Origin: Deltaproteobacteria bacterium
GTDB taxonomy: Bacteria > Myxococcota_A > UBA9160 > UBA4427
Assembly (NCBI GenBank): GCA_002691205.1
Contig: NZHD01000094.1
Coordinates: forward strand, 44 to 64,043
Direction of reading: 5' to 3'
DNA length: 64,000 bases
A program made the translations under genes and the position numbers. The stretch's first letter is position 1. The number at the start of each line of letters is the position of its first letter. Under the pieces are notes generated by a model, which did no database searches, was not told the DNA's origin, and saw nothing but the letters and a program-made list of their open reading frames with translations. Below are positions 62,917 to 64,000 of the stretch, in pieces.

Positions 62917-64000
62917 TTGCAGAGTCCGAACTACGACCCTTACGCCTATGAAATTCATGAGGACCCCTATCCGGTCTATCGCGACTTGAGGGAGGCGGGG
63001 CCGGTTTATCGGAATGCCGATTTGGACTTTTGGGCTCTTACTCGGCATCAAGATGTTTTAGCCGCTTTCAAGAATTGGAATTTATATTCGAACAGAGAGG
63101 GCGTTTCAATTGATCCGTCATCGCGAACTTCGGCGGCAGAAGTGGGAATGTCTTTCCTCGCAATGGATCCGCCGCGGCATTCTCGTGTTCGGCGTCTGGT
63201 CTCTCGAGAGTTCACCCCACGCCGGGTAGCGGCTTTGGAAGACCGGATCAGGACGCTGACAAAATCCTATCTTGATCCTCTTGTCAGTTCGGGCGGGTTT
63301 GATGTAATCGCAGACTTTGCCGGACTACTTCCGATGGCTGTCATAAGTGAATTATTGGGTGTTCCCGAAGCAGATCGAGCGGTTCTCCGAACTTGGGCGG
63401 ACCTCCTCGTGCATCGAGAGGAAGGGGTTCGGGATGTACCGAGTGAAGGCAAGCAGGCCTTTGTCAATATTCGGTCTTATTTCACAGATCTCGTCGCCGA
63501 TCTACGCGCACATCCGAACGAAGGTCTTCTTAGTGCATTGCTTGAGATGGAGAGAGACGGCAATGGCCTAGAAGAGGGAGAACTGCTTTCAGTGTGTAAT
63601 CTCATGATTACGGCGGGCAATGAGACGACAACTAAGCTGTTAGCCAATGCACTCTACTGGCTATCTGAAAATCCATCTCAGAGAGAGGTTGTACACAATG
63701 ACTCGTCTCAAATAGAGGCGTGGATCGAAGAGACGCTTCGGTATGACAACTCTACCCAAATGTTGGCTCGATTAATGACGGAAGAAACTCGTATACATGA
63801 CCATGTGATTCCGGCAGGAGGTTTAGTTTTACTCTTAGTGGGTTCGGCTAATCGTGATGAGGCTGTTTTCCCTAATGCGGATCAATATCAGATTAGTCGC
63901 GATACCTCTCAGATGCTTTCGTTCGGAAAGGGGATGCATTTCTGCCTGGGTGCTTCACTTGCCCGGCTTGAAGCGAGGGTGGCTTTTGAGGAATGGTGGA
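62917..64000 (+). CDS. Cytochrome P450 (3'-partial, runs off the window). Not in the ORF track.
   Basis: The frame is open from the TAG at 62905 to nt 64000. The TTG at 62917 is the only start codon (AAGGA upstream). Translation QSPNYDPYAYEIHEDPYPVYRDL..., AGNETT, ETLRY, FGKGMHFCLGASLARLE. It is a paralogue of 54368..55555. Confidence 0.9.
   Translation, partial: MQSPNYDPYAYEIHEDPYPVYRDLREAGPVYRNADLDFWALTRHQDVLAAFKNWNLYSNREGVSIDPSSRTSAAEVGMSFLAMDPPRHSRVRRLVSREFTPRRVAALEDRIRTLTKSYLDPLVSSGGFDVIADFAGLLPMAVISELLGVPEADRAVLRTWADLLVHREEGVRDVPSEGKQAFVNIRSYFTDLVADLRAHPNEGLLSALLEMERDGNGLEEGELLSVCNLMITAGNETTTKLLANALYWLSENPSQREVVHNDSSQIEAWIEETLRYDNSTQMLARLMTEETRIHDHVIPAGGLVLLLVGSANRDEAVFPNADQYQISRDTSQMLSFGKGMHFCLGASLARLEARVAFEEWW

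Noticed and set aside
1-64000. Searched for CRISPR repeats, IS elements or inverted terminal repeats, integrases, tRNA or rRNA genes, prophage or defence-system genes, and large direct repeats.
   Set aside because: None was recognised. The only repeated content is at the protein-family level: 3 TetR, 2 P450, 2 DUF481, 2 MFS and several VOC and amidohydrolase genes.

Overview
This is a 64-kb stretch of bacterial chromosome read by eye from the ORF track and raw sequence, with no database searches, so every family call is motif recognition and start codons are provisional. It uses the standard genetic code and Shine-Dalgarno-type RBSs. It is densely packed with about 60 protein genes. I recognised no rRNA, tRNA, CRISPR array, transposase, integrase, phage or defence genes. 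Lineage cannot be assigned, but the content fits an aerobic environmental Gram-negative: a PEP-CTERM tail, DUF481 outer-membrane proteins, egtBD, an aa3-type oxidase and many oxygenases and P450s.

Gene blocks:
- 48-1783: a split AhpD/CMD-family gene and a dienelactone hydrolase.
- 1876-10509: an oxygenase-rich catabolic cluster (CoA-transferase, quinone oxidoreductase, VOC, fatty-acid hydroxylase, and a TetR-Rieske-amidohydrolase-ADC operon).
- 10853-16007: a cytochrome c oxidase operon (dihaem cytochrome c, coxBAC, subunit IV, a second subunit-III-like gene and two small membrane ORFs).
- 16045-23468: membrane proteins, a 2OG oxygenase, and a TetR divergon with three ferritin-like proteins and an ABC1/UbiB kinase.
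- 23542-28240: tag, an SDR and two convergent MFS genes.
- 28487-31511: an Fe-S carrier cluster (A-type carrier, YgfZ-TPR, NFU1-like).
- 31593-37493: housekeeping and hydrolase genes, MscS and a DUF481 protein.
- 37507-39774: egtD-egtB.
- 40225-47513: an oxidoreductase, a PEP-CTERM cyclophilin, an LLM oxidoreductase, an orphan BtuF-like binding protein, a fused membrane/spermidine-synthase protein and a nitronate monooxygenase.
- 47580-52677: a GntR-MFP-RND efflux operon.
- 52976-64000: an enoyl-CoA hydratase, two paralogous P450s, SRPBCC and VOC proteins, ppk1, a DUF481 protein and a TetR/dehydrogenase operon.

Most interesting calls:
1. An in-frame TGA sits exactly at the second Cys of the AhpD signature E-x11-CxxC-x3-H, with a hairpin 11 nt downstream. 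This predicts a CxxU selenoprotein that ORF callers split in two.
2. A TetR-linked trio of di-iron-carboxylate-like proteins (one catalytic, one ligand-degenerate, one divergent) is translationally coupled to a UbiB-type kinase. Its function is unknown.
3. An operon of A-type carrier, YgfZ/IBA57 (fused to TPR) and an NFU1-like protein parallels the mitochondrial late [4Fe-4S] assembly machinery.

I found no clear-cut wholly novel multi-gene system such as a defence island.
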